A stretch of 64,000 bases of DNA from Marsupella aquatica (lineage: Eukaryota > Plantae > Marchantiophyta). Shown piece after piece: positions 39,014-52,385 of the stretch (positions are counted from its first letter, which is position 1; each line of letters starts with the position of its first letter). Location: positions 24,185,538-24,249,537 of the forward strand of contig OZ316895.1 of the NCBI GenBank assembly GCA_973895155.1, in the 5' to 3' direction. A model generated the notes under the pieces. The model did no database searches. It was given only the letters and a program-made list of their open reading frames with translations, and was not told the origin of the DNA. Made by a program: the position numbers and the translations under genes.

Positions 39014-42000
39014 ATGAAAACATTCCGCGGTTACAAGCGCACAGGCTCAAAACATTGGGCCATTCTCACAGTCCTCGCCCATTGGATCCCTTTCATACCT
39101 AGTAGAAGGCAGCTGCTATGCCGGAAACCTTCCATTCTCGGTAAGTCGCAACCTGGCGGTTGTAACTTGAGTCAGGGACGGAGTATCGTAGTATGTGGAC
39201 ACCTTCACCTGATTTAACGTTCCATTGCAGAAAGAGTACCGGCTAGCATCAATTTTCGCCTATTCGTTGTTTGTGATGCGTTTTTCATGCTTTGACAATC
39301 AGCTTAACGGGTTTGAATGCGTGTTTGCTTGTGTTGCAGGGGTGGTGGAGAGGCCCAAAGAGCCTCGTTTCAGCTTACCATAGGTTTATAAACAACGTGT
39401 TCTCATCCTATGGCTCCTTCATCGCGCACAGACCGCTTCTCCCTCTCTGGTACCTTCCTCCCGTTCTTTAGTCAGAAGTCTGTCAAAAAACCATCAGTAA
39501 TATTGAGATCCGTTCGGAGAAATAGACAAACCAACGGATAGATGTCGTTTTGGCACGCCGCCACTCCATAACCTCCTATTGCCCCCACGAATTTTAAGAA
39601 TGACATTGAACTCCCTCTACGGAGAGAGATGTCAAGGATACAATTATGTGTGAGTGTGTGAAGGATTGTGTAATGTTCAATCACCCCTCTAGACATAGAA
39701 AAATGTGGATACAATTATGTGTCTTTGTGGTAGCAAAATGACATTGAACTCCCTCGTTTCCCCTTCTTTCTTTTCTCTTCATCTAATTTGGTTCTGGCTG
39801 ATTAATTGCACGCAATTTTACTAACCTTTTCCCGTGATGTCTGGAGACTTCAATTTTCGAGCGCCGATGCAATTTTGCCTTGACATCTCATTTCTCGCTA
39901 CTCTCTGAACTCTTAAATCTCGTATGTTGCACCTGAAAACTTGACATTTACGGCCGCGGGTCCCCTTTTAACTCCACGGCAACGCTGTTCACTGACGCAC
40001 AAGTCGATCGTCGTAGAGATAATCACAAATGGAGAGCTCCATACCCGTCAATGTTTTGTCAACGGCTTCCGAGTTGACCTGAACTGCTGACCGCGACCTC
40101 AAGAACACTGTCGCACATGCATAACTATACCGAAATATCTGCTACAGTTAGTCGGAGTTATTCCCCATCGCTGACCTCAGCGGGTGTAAGGATACCCAAA
40201 GTGAACTTCCTCGACCGTGTACCTCATCATTTGTCCTTTTTCCGAGTAGTTAGCTCACAGCACGGACTTCGGTTTCTGAAAGTTCTCCAGCGGTGTCGGA
40301 CGACGAGGGCTGTGAAATGTTTCTCGTTCGTGGAGTGGAGTAACAATACAATTTTTTACCACCTCGAAAGTCCGGCCGTGTTGCAGACAGAAGACCTCTG
40401 TTTCGGTTTGTACTAAGTGGTCCGGAATTAGTGGTTGAATGATCTCACGCATTGAAGATTTACGGGTGTCATGAATACTGTGCTTCATGATGTGTACTCG
40501 AAAACCCTCGAGTAGCATCAACTGAAGAGACACTGTACCTTATCGTGTAGAATATCTGCTTAGGTACTACAACTTTCGTGCGAGGCTTCCTAATTTTGTA
40601 ACCCATATCTGTGCAGTTTGGGGATAATTCTGTTGGGAGGATTCTGCTTTGGGCTGTTCAAGTACAGCAAGGAGTCGGACCTTGAGAAGCTATGGGTGGA
40701 GCATGGGTCCCAGGTTGTCGGCCAGAGGGAATTTTTTAATTCGAGGTGAGAGTGGGATCTCGTTGTGCTCCCTTCGCTGCAGACAGTACAAGCTGCGGCG
40801 TAATCTCAGACATCCCTTTTTCTCACTCGATAATGAGAAATCTGGGACGAGAAATATTCAGAGTAGCAAGCTGCTTGGAAGTTTTCAGTGCTCTGTTCTG
40901 TCGAGCTTGGCAGTTAGCAATGCAATCTCATTTCTAATTTTCTGTCTTTTCCCGATGTTCGCCTAGCAGCAGCAGCGCGTTCGATCACGCCAATTATTGA
41001 CTCTGCTCGTCGACTGGTGATGACCAGGTTTGGAGGAATCTCTCGTCAGGAGATTGCTGCAATCGTTGACAAGGACTCTCCTGACGCGCAACTCCCGTTG
41101 GCGGAGGCGTTTGACGCTCTCACTTACAGCATAGCTCCTCTGTTTGACAGTCTGTCGTGGGAGTACACTGTGCCGGGCAGTAATCGCAAGGCGAATCTCT
41201 CTCAGGTAGATGATTTTCCCTTCGCTTCAATAATGTTGTTACCTCTTTATACGTCTTCGTCATTCAGAACTGGGTGCAGCTAATGTTGTTTATCTCCCGG
41301 TATATTGTGTACTACTCCATGAATTACGTCCTCTTGCTCCAACCTCGTCACTCATCCCGCAATTGAGACGAATCACTGGAGGCTTTTGGAAATTGTTGTT
41401 TCTCCCGGTATATTGTGTACTACTCCATGACTTACGTCCTCTTGTTCCAACCTCGTTACTCATCTCGCAATTGAGACGAATCAGCAATTGAGACGAATCA
41501 CTGGAGGCTTGTTGGAAATTGCTAATTTACATCATTCGATCGATTTTTTGCTAACACGAACGAAGGCCGACGGTCGTTTCTGGTTGAAGCCGTTAGACTT
41601 CTCAACCGAGATAGTTCCCACGGCTCCTTTCATCATAATGTAATCTCACCGTGCTGCTAAATTCGTCTTACTACAGCAGATCCTTCACTAGCAGTTTGGG
41701 TACTGGTCTCCCAGGCTGCTTCTCTGTGATTATGCCTCGGATTATTCTGGACTTCTCTCGCTGACGATAAGATCGGCTATGAAATATCTGGGTGCAGGCA
41801 GACTTCTGTGTGAGGCCTTTGGTGCCGCCTGCACTTAAGCCAGGGAGCAACCCGGCCAAAGATAACAACTGGCTGTCGTATGGATATCAAGTTCTCTCAT
41901 CGTGCTCGCTGCAAGCTACTTTTGCTCCTCTAAATATCACCAATTACACTCCTCTGCCACCAGGCTGGGGTATTGACAGATTCCCATGTACTAAACTCGT

Positions 42001-45000
42001 TCCTCAAGATTGCTTTCGCGAAGGCGGGGAGATTGACTATCCGCTTGCTCTTCAGCAACTCGAGACTGTCCTACCTGCCATCCCTGGGGGTAAGTCGGAC
42101 ATTCAACTACCTAAATTTTAGAAACTTTGGAAGCTCTAACCACAGCTAGTACAGCGATAAACGTTCCAGCTCATGTGATGAATCTCACTCAAGTACGCCC
42201 GTCAATAGAAGCGTGACCGTCCTCGACAACTTGAGCGAGCTGAAGGCCCAAGAACTCTAGAGTTAACAGTTTTCGGTTCTAGCTCGATACTAGTTTGCGC
42301 CGCTTGGCGAACAAATGAAGCTGTTCTATCTTATAGGCTCTAGTCAAGCTTTATCGGCTATAGTAGATTGTTTTAAGGGGAGCCTCCGCCCTACTAATTT
42401 ACCCTCATGCTGTCCCTGACCGTGTAGCGAAACTACTCTTCATCCTTGGTGTTTTGGTGAACTCTTTGTTTGTTGATGAAACGTCTAGCAATCATTCCAC
42501 TGGAGTCCGAGCTCAATGCTTACCTTTCATGCGATTCTGTTGTGTCTGTTTGCACAGTCGGAATCGTCACTCTGGTGGATCTCACAGCCCAATTCCAGTT
42601 AAAGTCGAACTTTTGCAGAGATGAACTTACGAACACCACCACTGCTATATTTCAAGCAGCAGGAGTATCTTCATCAGTGATTGCTGCTGAAGTACCAACG
42701 GTAAGTAAACGGGAGAATTCAAGGACTTTGAATCACAATTGATTCGCACACAAGCACACTCATGCTGGCAGGAAATTCTTGTGTACTGTGAACAACTCTC
42801 AAGTGCTCTCAAGTGCTTTATCTGGCAGAATCATGTAAAGCCAACATATTCTCTTCGAGTGAATGAGCGAACCGTTTGGACAATACAGGCTGGGGATCGA
42901 TTCGTTTGTCTCCATGATGATTGGAGAAACTTGGATCCTGCAATTCAATAATGTCTTTTAGCTTAAATGCAGGAATAATACGTTTACCAAGATGATTCGA
43001 ATTTGACCGGGTTCTGGTTTTTGCCGATTTTGGGCCTCTGACTGGGCTATCTACAACGGTGCTAATCTAGTGAATTAATTTTTCCACAGATTGTTAAAGG
43101 CGTGCTTAGCCAGGCATCAAGTTTCTTCACATGGGGATATCGTTGGAGAAAGTCGTACAAGGGCCTTACCGACCAAGAGGTGTAAATCTTTTCCATGAAT
43201 GGCGCTGCATATCTGTCTTATTTGTTTGAACAAGTTCATCATATTCACGGCTGTTGAATAATATCATATTACTCATGATAATTCTGCTTTTAGGATTCAA
43301 CCCCCAGGCAAGTCGAAGTGTCCGTGGATTTTAATACCGATGTAAATTTTGCGGTTGCAGATTATCGACCACATCAACACCGCGTTGAAAAATACCGAAG
43401 CTTGGACTCGTGATCCAACCAACCCTGAAGTGAGTCCCCGGAAACTTGCCTTAGACTTCGGAATTGCGATGCGTCTCTGCTGTACCGCTAGCATATCATT
43501 ATGTCTGACTGGTAGATTTCTGTGATTTGTTTAGGTTGTATTCTATTGTCTGACGAAGTCTGGGCGTATCTCCATCTGGATTGACTCTTGCGTTGGTTGT
43601 TGAAGGTTGTCAATTGCATCAGCAAGGCGCAGCCATGTTGTCTGACCTGGTTTGGCCTCCACACCCCTGTGTTGGCTTCCTTGAGTCTCACCCAGGACCC
43701 CGTCAGTGGGAATATCACGAAGGTAATTGTTCAAAATACTCACTACAGAAAGTGCCAATTGGGTGTCCTTTGGTGAACTGCTGGAAAGTAGCATGGTCCT
43801 CCTGGACTAAGCAGGCCGAGTAGATGACATTCAATTGCTGGGATGTGTACTGTAGGTTACCCTCACCGTGGACTTTGCTGTTGCAGATAGGAGGGATTAG
43901 ATGGGGTCAAGACAACTACAATGAAGATCACCCATTGTGGAATGAGTACATTTCAGGGGTTCTCCAGGCAAATTTCACCTCGTCTCAACGCAAAGATATG
44001 CACAAAGGTTGGGAAACTCAGATGATCAACACGCTGTTACCGCTGAGAAACAGACAAAACAATCTTTACTCGCGAAATAAGACTTACAGCAATCTTCAGC
44101 TTGAGTTCCTCACATGGGTAAGCCTGCCTTCCGTTGAGCAGTTGTGTGGAATTTGAACCGTAGCTTCCGTCCTTACTTCTGTAGATCTTTTCAGTGTACA
44201 GCTCCTCCGAAGCAGTTAGCAACTCAGAAAATGAGTTCAGAAATAGTAGGAGTTGCGGAAGAGGAAGGGGGAGTTTCAGCCTATCTCATATCCGATTAAT
44301 CACTCTGATTCTTGTGCATGCAGAGGTCTGTTCAAGATATCATTGCCGACTCTGGCAAGACCCCCATCTGGCAAATAATTCTGAGTGTCGTTCTCACCAC
44401 TCTGTATGCATATCTAGCGTTTGTCAATTTCAAGGACGCAGTGCACTCTCATACGTGGTTGGTTCTTACGGTAAGCCCTCTCTTGTCCACACTCAGACCC
44501 CCCCTCTCACACCCAGACCTCCCTTCTCGGTCTGCTTCTGTGCCATTATCATTGAATGCGCTAACTTGCGTTTTGCGGCAATCCCATACCTTGTCAAAGG
44601 TAACTCATACGAGCAGATTTGCCAGATTTGGTTAAGTGTGTTAAACAATTTCTGTCAAGTGTATATTGGTCGGGCTCTTCTGTCATTTCCTTCCCAACCA
44701 AGAGGAGAAATAGAACTTCAAACTTCTATTCCTTCAAACGAGGAGAGGGATGGCTCGCCATGTGATCCTGAAGCATGAAGGAAGGAGTTGTCGCTTCCGG
44801 ATTGTAAAAAGTGAAACATTGAGGTCTTGTGGGGCTCGCCGAACTCATCCAGGTCGATTTGGATTGGTGTTGCAGGGTATGACAGTAGTAACTCTTGCGA
44901 TCTTATGCGGGTTTGGATTCACTGCACTGATTGGCATCAAGTCATCACCTATTCAAGGCGGTGTGGTGCCTTTCCTTGCCCTTGCTATTGGTAAGACGAT

Positions 45001-48000
45001 CTCTTCTTCCATTTCTTGCGGCTTGAAACCTCAATCCTTTGATAATTTCATCAGCTGCTGAACTCACCCTCAATAAATATCGAATGATAAAGTCTGGACA
45101 ATTAAATTCTTGCAGGGGTCGACGATGTGTTCGTACTCTCGAACACCCTCCGCAGTTACCTGGCTGATCCAGCGGTACAAGCGATGGGGAAAGGTTCGCT
45201 CATCCCGGAGCGGGAAATGAGATTGACATTGGCCCTTGCAGGACCTTCGGTTATTCTCACAACATTCACTGTCCTTGCAGCGTTCTTCATCTCTTCTGTG
45301 GTGAGTACAGTGCCTTTCCGGCGATGGTTGTTCGAAGGTGACTAGAACCGGCGCAGATTGTCAACGGAATCTGTCCTGATTTTCCTCTATCCTGTGATTG
45401 CAGAATCCCATGCCCATTTCACAGTGGTTTTGCTGGCAAATGGGCATCACATCGACTATTCACACCATTGGGCTGATAATGATCTTCATGCCAGTCATGG
45501 CCCTTGACGCCCGTCGTTGCAAGGTAAGTCATGATTGTAGTCACCGCCCGGTGCACAACTTCATTTGTTGTTTCTAGCTTTATTATGGACAGGACGACAA
45601 TCACCGGCTGCTGGATTATGTTCTGAGTAGCTTCGTCTGCTTTTGGCACGTTTTCAAACTATTCCTACTTGGATATGTGATTGTGCGCAGGCCAAAATTA
45701 ATGATCCTAACTTGTGGCTGTTAAGAGGATTCCGCAACAAGGGTACCGCTGCGGGACGTAAGTAGCTTCAAAATCTGGACCTGGAGATCGTTTGGGCGGA
45801 TGAAATGTATTTATGCAAGACTCGGCGATCAATTAGTATTGCGTTTCCGTAATGTTGCCATATTGCGTGGAGATGACGGACTTGAGTATCTGAGTGTTTG
45901 CTTGAAAAACATCGCTAAGGGTTCAAGATGCTGACACGGACTCCTCTACATTTGGGATTTCTGTCCGCTGGCAGCTGCGGCTGATGTGATTGAAGCAGTT
46001 GACTATTCGAAGGAGGAGAGTTTGGAGGACTTTGACGAGCGCGATCCATCCTTGCAAGAAAATACTGGGAGCACACCCATTTCGAGATGGGTTGCCAAAT
46101 ACTATGCACCCTTGTTCAAGAGCAACATCTTCAAAATAGCCGTGGTATGAAACCGAAGTAAAAGAACTCAATAACTTTGGCGAGCGGATAGTTGGTGAAC
46201 GTCCTTCTTCACATTACTTTTCGCTGAAACGTGTTAGGTAGTAATATGATCATAAACTTAAGATGTTGTCAATTGGCAGGTACTGGTGTCTGTCGGGTTG
46301 GTGGTATCGATGTCTTATTTGGGCTTCAAGAAGCTAAAACATGGGCTGAACCTTTCAGATGTTACTCTCACAGGTGTTTACCAAAGCAACGGACCCATTT
46401 TCTGGCGATTCATAGTTTTCCCTTCTCCGTACTCTTTGGTTCAACTTTAACGATGACTGTAAAGGAATAGCCTGTCGTAGTTTTGCGATCAAGATTGGTC
46501 TTGACCCAACTTGCTCCTTGTCCAATGTTCCTTTCTTTCTAAGTGTACGATTCGCTGTGCAGGATCTTATCAAAACACATTCGCCAAACTGACAGAGGAA
46601 AGGTTTCCCAATTATGATGTTGTAAGAATCTGTGACCAACACTGACGCTCATCCTGACTTTCCTTCAATAGAGAAACCTTCTCGTGAATTGAGGCAAAGT
46701 AAGCTTAGCTTGTTGGTTGCCGCAGGAGCCCTATACTTCAAAGTGATTACACGTTCTGTTCTGTTGTTTCAATCATCAATGAAGTTTGGAAATTTGGCAA
46801 TGCAGTATATCGTGACCGGCAATATTGACTATCCAACAAAGCAAACTGCGATTTTAGAAATCTTTGATGCTCTTCAAAAGACTCCGTGGGCACCGTCACA
46901 ACCCTCGGTATTTATTTATTTTCCACCTCTCTAGCTCAATTTTGTGTGCTGTTGATGAGCTCTTCTGTCACACGGGTGGTTGGACACATGAAATCTCATT
47001 TGTGTTTGAAAGTCGTGACCGAGCAAACGAAGGAATGAACGAATCAGAGTGAGCAAAGTATGCGTTGGGAAGGAGATTCGCGCGGCCCATCTAAGTCACT
47101 CTCCTTGTCTGTTTCAGGTACTTGAAGCTTCGTTTCTGGCAAACATCTACCTTTTCGCTAATAGCACACAAAATGCTCCCCACCCGCTCCCTGCAGCTGA
47201 GTTTTATCCCCTCGAGCAGGCATGGTCCACTTCATCCCTTGGTAAGTTCCATTTTCTTTTGCACTTCCTTGTTATCCTCTGAGCCCCAGGCTACGCACTT
47301 CACCTTCAAGGACACAAGCGAGCAAAACCTGGGAAGTCTTCTATTCCTCTAGATTTGCCCAGTCGGATACGCAGAAAACGTGGAAGGGCGTTGTGGAGAG
47401 TTTCATGCTCCATGCCGTCGATGCTGACAAAAAGTCTTTTGTTTCTTGTATGCTCTTGGAAACAGGTGTGCTGTCCCTTCAAGACCTCTACTGTGTAGAT
47501 AAATTTACTCAAGCGCAAACTAGCTGCTTCGATGTTACCAGCAATCCAAATCTAAGAATAGGTGCTGCCAAATCAGTGGTAAGTTATGGGCCCCGCCTGC
47601 ATTAAGACCATTTATGAATCCGATGCGCAATGTTAGTGGGTTCCTTAACATTCATGTCGTGGTTGGTCACTTTTAAGACTGTTCTAGGTGGAACACATGA
47701 CTTGGGTCTTGGATGGTCTCAGTATCTGTATTAGCTTCCCAACTTACTCTGCTTTGGACTGTGTAGTTGTTCGCTCAAAACTTGGGTGCCAACACACAGC
47801 CAAACATCGACATGATCAGAGGAACCAGGAAGATCGTCGAAGAAGTGAATGCAAAATATGGTGAAGAGGTGGCCTTTATGTACGGATATCCATTCCTCTT
47901 CTACGAGCAGTACTTGCACAGCTTCCATGATCTGTATCTGGTAGTTGGCTTTGCCTTGGGTAAGTTGAGACGTTGGACCTTCGTATATGAAATGACATCG

Positions 48001-49320
48001 TGCAGGCGTCGCATTATGAACTATCCGGGCTTCCTTGTGAATAGTAATTTCCAGTTCTGGATTATCTCCAGTCTTTTATCCAATTCTCACAACAAGTATA
48101 TTTTTCTTGCAGTTGGAGTGTTCGCTGCTGTATTGATCTTTCAACAAAGTCTGATTATTTCTCTTCTCATCTGCGCGTTACTCTTAATAACCGACCTTGA
48201 AGTGTTCGGTTTCATGTACGTTCTCGGTGCGAAATTGAATTGTGAGTAACTTATCTTCACTACCAAATCCTGCTGCCAACATGATATCTATTCTTGTGAT
48301 ATACATCCTTAGCTATCAACAGCAAACGTTAGGTTATTTCTAACAAAAAAAAAAACCTTTCCTGACTTGCATCGTCGTTGATTTGGCGCATGGGGGTGAT
48401 GCTATCCTCGACAGCTCTTTCCCTGGTCAATCTGGGCATCGTGGTAATTGTTCACATCTCTTCCCAATTGCACGTAAATATGAGAATAAACTTACTTAGG
48501 TGTGAAATTGTTTTGCCTTTGTTATGGTTGAGCTCTGTTATCAGTTCTTCACATAAGAAGCTCACTACCTGATTCAAATTCCTGTTGCAGATTGGAATGT
48601 CCGCCGAGTTCACTTACTTGGCAAGATCTTTCTTAGTGGTTGAGGGAACGAGACAGCACAGAGTTGCGAAGGCTCTCGAATGGACTTTCGAGCCATTGCT
48701 CCATGGCTTTGGAGTCCAATTTGTAGCAACTTTCCCACTCCTTTTTGTGAAGTAAGTACTTCGATCATAACAATTTTTGTAGCCAAAAGAGAATGTCTAG
48801 GCTTAGATCCGGACTGTAAACTCTTACGTTCGAGTAAGCTCGTCAGATTGTTGTAATTGCATCCTTCACTGCGACATCATTGCATTCACAACCTTTCTGA
48901 TGGGAGCAACGTATGTGATCGTGTCATCGGATTTGTTCCTCTGTTTTTATTTTTAAGACATCGAACGCAGAGAATGATGTGCCATATGCCGAGCTTTGAA
49001 ATGGCACTGTCGATGTATTCTAACGAAACTTGCGACTGGTCTTCTTGTGTAGGTACCCCGCTTTCAGACTTTACTACTTCGCCATGTTCACGATGATGGG
49101 TATCTTCGCATTCTTTAACGGGTTTTTCTTGTTGCCTGCAATTCTCACCTGGATTGGCCCAGACACTTTGCACCACATCAAAGAAGCTAACGCGGCATCG
49201 AGTAGAGCGGCTGCTTCTCGGCGAGACACTTTGGAAGGCAGTCGGAATGGGGCAAATGGCAAGCACGAACTTGAATCGGCAAACCCGGTCGAACACGACG
49301 GTGCCATCCCATCGAAATAA
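39014..49320 (+). CDS. Patched-like RND/sterol-sensing-domain membrane protein, 27 exons, ~1180 aa
   Basis: Exons: 39014-39140, 39231-39235, 39340-39449, 40617-40745, 41028-41205, 41798-42089, 42558-42700, 43090-43179, 43361-43429, 43606-43722, 43887-44117, 44324-44470, 44876-44990, 45116-45300, 45404-45523, 45691-45757, 45999-46144, 46280-46373, 46563-46621, 46806-46907, 47118-47241, 47466-47578, 47767-47959, 48113-48241, 48415-48443, 48591-48751, 49053-49320. All introns are GT-AG and the spliced frame is 3543 nt and open. Motifs include LEKLWVEHG, FPCTKLVPQDCFREG, PFLALAIGVDDVF, GYPFLFYEQY, IGMSAEF and NGFFLLPAILTWIGP. The first two exons are tentative. Confidence 0.9.
41286..41520 (+). 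repeat. Intronic tandem duplication, ~110-bp unit x2 with a short internal re-duplication
   Basis: TCTCCCGGTATATTGTGTACTACTCCATGA...GCAATTGAGACGAATCA is repeated. Confidence 0.85.
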
Positions 49321-51150
49321 AAAAAAAGGACACCACTTAGCGCAACTACATCTAGGTACATCAATTAAGACGTAAGAAAGGCTTTCCGAGAACTAGATTT
49401 GTCAAATAGTAAGTCATGTACAACGTAGCAAGGAGGGAGGAGCTGGAGCTATCTTCATGCATGAATAGCTCTGGTAACGCGGATACCTAATAGCTCGTAA
49501 TCCACATCAGTAAACAGCCAAACTTTTGAAAGGGTGGCTATAGGCTCGAGGTTCAGTCCTCACTGGGATTGTCAGTGATCTATTCTTTGAGAAACTCCTT
49601 CGTTGGTTCATTGGTTGTTGCTTGAGTCGCTGCTGCAGGCTTATACCCATGGTAAAAATGGTCGATATCCGGGTGTGTTCTCGAAGGAACAGCAGCCTGT
49701 ACAAGGAAATTCCCACGGATTATTCAATACTACATGACACTAACGATGAAAACCGATACTGGATGGATGACTCCACATTGACAGAAGCCATTGTACGAGG
49801 TCTATGATGCTGAAACTGTTCTCAATTCAGGAATGTGTATATAGTTGCAATCTATGTTCTGGCTCCTGGCTACCGGACGAGGTACTAAGACCAGTTATCT
49901 GTCTCTTCGGCCTGAGTAGATCCTCTTGTGTCATTGCGGGAGGAAGAGTATGGATCGATCATAGCTGGAAAGGTGTCTTAAGAGCTTTCTCATTCCCTCA
50001 GTATCTAATGTCTCTTTTTCTTACATGGATTGGACTGTTCACTCTCAATCAAGCAATCTTCAACAATTTGCGCCCAGGGAAGGAGAGACAATGCACCACT
50101 CCCACTCATTGCCGTGCGGGAACAATACTGCAACACATTCGGAGTGAGGAATCATTGAAGGTGTCATGGGGCGCCTATGGGTGTGTGTTCCTCAGTTTGA
50201 TTAGATTCTGGCTTTCTGCGCATGGGCTGTTTTGAACGTCTGATCGAGGCAGTAAGATGTTTTCTAGACCAGCACTACCTCCGGCCGCTGCATGGTCTGC
50301 GGAGAACTGGCAACAGGCAGAGCTCCCTGCTCGACAGTTTCTTTTCGGAAGGCAGGACATCGTCATGCAAATGTGACGTCGGCCTCGGAGCACGAGCTGC
50401 AACTTTTCCTCCGCTAGCACGGCCTTGGAAAATGCCCAATTGTGCATGGGCGAGCTGCGAACCGAATTCGTGCACAATCGATTGGCGGTCATACATAATT
50501 CGAATTACTATCTGTGGACGACGAGCGTGCTTTTGAATTGAATCTCAACAGCGACTCCCTGTTTTCCCTACCGGGCGCCCTTGCCAAATAATAATGATGC
50601 ATCTGGTACTGATCACGAGCACTCTTAGAGCCAGTCCGTTTCTGAAGCTTCGCTTGGATCCTAAATTAGGGAGTCATCGAGAGCTCTTTTAGAGCAAGTC
50701 GACCTTCAGAAGCTTGGCTTGGATCGTAACGTAGGGAGTCAAGAGAATTCATTGCAAGCACCAGGGGGTGCAGCAGGGGAGAGCTTCGAGATGCAGCTTC
50801 TCGTCTGCCCCACTATTACGGCGAAAGGCAGATCTGTTCGAATACGAGTGATTTCACATATATATTTTAAGGTCGTGTGTAGTTATTATGGTCCTTGCTT
50901 AGTTACTCTTGTCCATGTGTTGTTTTTAATTTATCACACTATATGTTATACCATCACCGGGCAAAGCTAAGCACAGAAGACAAAACGAAAAGGAGCCAGC
51001 AATGTCGATGTAATTTAATATCAACTGAAGACATGACCTGAAAGCAGCATCAAACGCAACCCGTCCTTTCAAATTTGGTGGAGGGCCCCTGGCTCAAGAT
51101 ATGCCAACTTAGAGTGCACTGCTTGTGGTATCTTCCTGCGAGCCTTCACT

Positions 51151-51720
51151 TAGACAAGGTTCACTCTACATATATCAAAAAAATATTGAACTCAGATTTG
51201 CACTGCCGGTGGAGTCTTCATGGGAGCCTGCACAGACAAGGTTCACTATACATATATCCAAACAAATATTGACTGGTTTACTAAACTTATTTAGGGACCC
51301 CATGAGACAGACAAGGTTCACTATACATATATCCAAAAAAATATTGACTGGTTTACTAAACTTATTTACGGACCCCATGAGACAGACAACACTATACATA
51401 TATCCAAAAAAATATTGACTGGTTTACTAAACTTATTTACGGACCCCATGAGACAGACAAGGTTCACTATACATATATCCAAAAAAATATTGACTGGTTT
51501 ACTAAACTTATTTAGGGACCCCATGAGACAGACAAGGTTCACTATACATATATCCAAAAAAATATTGACTGGTTTAATAAGTTCACTATACATATATCCA
51601 AAAAAAATTGACTGGTTTACTAAACTTATTTACGGACCCCATGAGACAGACAAGGTTCACTATACATATATCCAAAAAAATATTGACTAGTTTACTAAAC
51701 TTATTTCCGGACCCCATGAG
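51151..51720 (+). repeat. Tandem array, ~76-bp unit, ~6-7 copies with deletions
   Basis: Unit is AGACAAGGTTCACTATACATATATCCAAAAAAATATTGACTGGTTTACTAAACTTATTTA(G/C)GGACCCCATGAGAC. Confidence 0.93.
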
Positions 51721-51825
51721 AGGTCCTTTCCAAAATTCCTGGCATTGGAGCGTGTCACATCAACAACCACAACAAACAAGACTTGTTTTCATTCATGTTT
51801 GCATCATTTGGGTGTAACTTTTGGG
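51708..51825 (+). mobile_element. Truncated end of the MULE-like family (copy C)
   Basis: GGACCCCATGAGAGGTCCTTTCCAAAATTC...CAACAAACAAGAC matches 16538-16680. Confidence 0.6.
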
Positions 51826-51839
51826 CCAGCGGTCTCATA

Positions 51840-51911
51840 CAGTGGCCTTGTTATGTGACAATTCAGTGGCCTTGTTATGTGACAATTCAGTGGCCTTGTT
51901 ATGTGACAATT
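51840..51911 (+). repeat. 24-bp tandem repeat (CAGTGGCCTTGTTATGTGACAATT)x3
   Basis: Read directly from the sequence. Confidence 0.92.
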
Positions 51912-52385
51912 GGTGTCGAAGCTTACAATGATCCCATACTTAGCTTCCCGGGATCTCTTGCAATGTCGAAGATTCGACCACTGTGATCTGTAGCTTGGAG
52001 AACAAAACATAAGACACTTTGACACATTCATAAATCATACGCAGTATCTGTGGAAGAGTGCAAACATTGCGCTCACATCCATTGATTGATTCATTGTAAA
52101 AGACTGAATGCTCTATTCAGAGTCAGTCGCGCATACTCCTTAAGTGCAGGCACTCCTGCCCTTCAAACGAGTTTGAAAAGAGCCAGGCGCGCCATAGGAA
52201 GCTCGAACACGTGTTCGGCAACAGACTGCCTTACACCCACGCCACTTTACGGTAAGGAGTAAAGAGCTAAAAACAAGCCCTACGATAAGAACGAAAGTGA
52301 AAGTGGGAAGACGTCGAGACCAGAACACAGAAGGGAAACACTTCACAAGGGAAACACTTCACACACCCCTCGGATCGACTGTCTT

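Noticed and set aside
49500-50700. Possible pseudogene fragments downstream of the Patched-like gene
   Set aside because: Could not be assigned to any family by eye.
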